Below, piece after piece: positions 61,100 to 64,000 of a DNA stretch of 64,000 bases; the stretch's first letter is position 1, and each line of letters opens with the position of its first letter. The position numbers were made by a program, and so were the translations under genes. Source of the DNA: Eledone cirrhosa (lineage: Eukaryota). The notes below the pieces were generated by a model. It was not told where the DNA came from. It did not search any database and saw nothing but the letters and a program-made list of their open reading frames with translations. The stretch covers positions 7,874,001 to 7,938,000 of the forward strand of contig OZ024751.1 in assembly GCA_964016885.1 (NCBI GenBank). The letters are read 5' to 3'.

Positions 61100-61257
61100 G
61101 GGCGTTTGATGGAGAAAAGGCCTTGGGCGCACTACTGGTCGGTGATAGATGTCCTCTATTTTAGCGCCGAAACAACTTGATCTCGGTTTTTACAGTTGAT
61201 AACGGATTATTTTCTTCTTTTCTTTTCTTCTCTTGTTTCGTCCATACTACCATCTTA

Positions 61258-61305
<48 letters not shown>

Positions 61306-61580
61306 CAAGAAAGAAGAGTGACATGGTTTGCTATAGTATGGACTACCTATAACAATAATTTGTTATCCCGTATGTATATATAGATATATATATAAACATA
61401 ACAAGAAACGAGGCAGGCTGTGTGGTCACTGTAAACAAAGTTTAAGATGGTAATATGGATGAAATGAGAGAATAAACCCGCAATCAACTGTTAACTGCAG
61501 ATCATAGATGTTTCGGGGTTTAAAACATGACATCGAAATCGACCAGTAGCGTGTCGGAGGCCTTTTATCAATCAAAAGGC
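61100..61580. repeat. Diverged inverted repeat 61100-61260 / 61440-61580
   Basis: gtttaagatggta.tatgga.gaaa...atcaactgt...tgtttcgg...cgaccagtag.g.g...aggcctttt matches the reverse complement of the left part. Confidence 0.65.
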
Positions 61581-62135
61581 TCTGAGTGAAAAAAAAAGAT
61601 AAGATAGTGAAGAGAGAGGAAGAAAGGGAAAAAGGAAAGAAGAAAAAACAAAGTACTCTAACCGAAAGGAGAGGGAACACAGGGAAATGGCTAATGCAAG
61701 TGAGTAACCGAGGACAAAATAGAAAAAGTTACAACGAATCGATTGAAATTAAGTTTTGTGGTCAATATAACTGCGGAGCTAGGTCTTTCCGTGCGGTCTC
61801 AGAAATTTGAGAGTAGATATATAGAGAGAGATATACGGAGAACCCGGATGGGAGAGGGAAAAGAGAATGGGAGATATTCCAAAAGCGGTTTGGTGACATG
61901 TGTGAGACCAGGTCGAAAACGAGTAGATGGATAGAAAGAGAGAGAGAGAAAAGGAAGAGAGAGAAAAGGAAGAGAGAGAAAGAGAGAGTCGACATGATAG
62001 CGTGTTGGGACAATAAATCGAGCAAATCAGGTAGAGGGTGGGTGGACACAGCGGTAAATACAAAATTACAAGGAACTAAGCAGGCTGTATGCTTACTGTG
62101 TGTGTGTGTGAGTGTGTGTATGTGTGTCTGTGTGG

Positions 62136-62214
<79 letters not shown>

Positions 62215-62280
62215 TGTGTGTGTGTGTGTGTCAGTGTGTGTGTGTTTGTGGGTGTGTGTGTGCGCGTGTCTGTATATAAT

Positions 62281-62425
62281 ATTTAATATAGAAATGGTTT
62301 CTATAGGACTAGAACTGTTTCATTCGAAGGAAATCATCAGGTAAGCCAGAAATGTATACTCTACTATGTATTGAGTACCTTATTTACAGTGGGTACACCC
62401 GATTGAAACCGGGATACACACTTCT
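62281..62425. mobile_element. Family B mini-copy: inverted HHR segment fused to plus-strand tail
   Basis: taggactagaactgtttcattc..gaaatcatcagg matches 18866-18905, followed by tatactct.ctatgtattgagtacctta, the reverse complement of ~18815-18840. Confidence 0.8.
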
Positions 62426-63282
62426 ATGTATGTATATATATATTTGTATACGTGTGTGTGTGAGGTGTTGTATAGGTGTGTTTCAGTTTGTGGGTAATTA
62501 TCTCGACATTTTGTTCAATAATTCAATCTCTTGAACCATTTATTTATGCTTGCTTCATAAATATGAGTTATATCACTATTGCATGGAAACCCTCTAACGT
62601 GTTTTTCAGTGATGAAATATCACTTGATATTACAATCCATTTATTTAACGGTAGATCCTTCATACAACAGTAAATACTAATAGATATGTATAGGGGAGAC
62701 ACTATTGCGTAGTTCATGTGTGGGAATATATTAGGTATTGCGCTGTAATATATCATTGACTGTATTCAATATGAGATTATTGGTTTATTAATTTTGAATA
62801 GCATTGCCATATTCTACTATAGTAATATCTGGAGAAAATAACAGCTATATGCATTTGATTTTATTAGCAACACTTCGAAATAAATCTTACATAAGATCCG
62901 TCAAATATTGTTCGTATGTTAAATGTTTTACTTCACGTCATCTGTTGGACCTTGCCTATTGATAAAATATGATTGGATATGTGTTTCATGATATGTCGTC
63001 TTATATAGTGTAACAAATCTAAATAAATGATTAAAGACTGTTTTATTTTTCAATATTTGTTAAAAGCTATAACTGATTATTCAACAAGATCTTATCCCTA
63101 TTTTTTTACGAGTGAAATAACGTTTCAATAACGCAAATGGTAATTCACTATGCTATAGATGTGAAAAGTATTAGAAAAGTGTCATAACAACTAGAAATAC
63201 GTGTGTGTCGTGCTTACTATCTGTATTACATACTGAAGAAATATTGGAATACACAGACACACACACACACACGCACATATAT

Positions 63283-63344
<62 letters not shown>

Positions 63345-63348
<4 letters not shown>

Positions 63349-63830
63349 AGTGTAATTTTCTACACAAAGCGAAGGTTATAGAGAAAATTGAGGTTGGTAA
63401 TGGCACATGGAATATATAAGAGACAGAATACTTTTTTGTGAAAAAACATAATTTTATAAGGTAAGGAAATAATAAAGGGTATAAAAAATGTCCGGTTTCG
63501 ATGGGTCTGCAAAAGCCATCTTTTCAAATGTTGATTAAGAAAAATTAATAATACGAAGAGTTAAAATTTGAGACTTGAAAATTCAAGTATAAAATTCATT
63601 GTGGGATTTCATAGCAGTTTCCATCTTGGTAGCAACAACAGGTTGACTGCTGTGTCCCTTTCTGGTAGTGAATGAGAAGTTATTTGGGGTGTGGGTTATT
63701 TTATAAAGGTCAGATTTAGCAATCGCCAGCTGCTGGTCAGTGAGGGGGTGGAAGCAATATACATACACATATCTTCCTGTGATGGGTAGGGGAGTGGAGC
63801 GTGATAGAAAGGGATTTAGTGCACTTACAC
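63345..63830 (-). mobile_element. Probable PLE-type 3' end with decayed U3:A8 HHR (~63488-63533)
   Basis: Reverse complement reads TTGAAAA-gatgg..ccatc-GAAACCGGAC (expected GTC). Microsatellite-flanked. Confidence 0.45.
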
Positions 63831-64000
63831 CTATATATACACACATACCTTCATCCACACATACATACATATACATATACATATATATATATATATATAT
63901 ATACATATACACACATACATACACACACACATACATATACATACACACATACACACACACACATATATATATATATATACACATACACACACACACACAC

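Overview
This is AT-rich, microsatellite-saturated eukaryotic DNA. The SINE sequences and (TA/CA/GA)n load look like an octopus or other coleoid cephalopod, which is an inference. No intact host gene can be supported, and most listed ORFs are simple-repeat artefacts. Recognisable elements are a frameshifted Penelope-like element (PLE; RT + GIY-YIG, Neptune-like, 40.6-44.3 kb), a decayed near-full-length R4/Dong-type LINE (56.1-59.3 kb, minus), three more RLE-LINE fragments (two Dong/R4-like, one CRE-like), a mariner relic, a probable non-autonomous Helitron, and about 13 tRNA-derived SINE copies of two families. The most striking pattern is a set of about 10 unrelated non-coding families inserted in (TA)n tracts. 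Most carry a type I hammerhead ribozyme (HHR), several with core variants. Many are fold-backs (inverted arm + element + single-copy 3' tail), one is a 591-bp tandem trimer with one HHR per unit, and many tails share a YGAGTRCT motif about 35-60 nt before the 3' end. All alignments and folds were done by eye.
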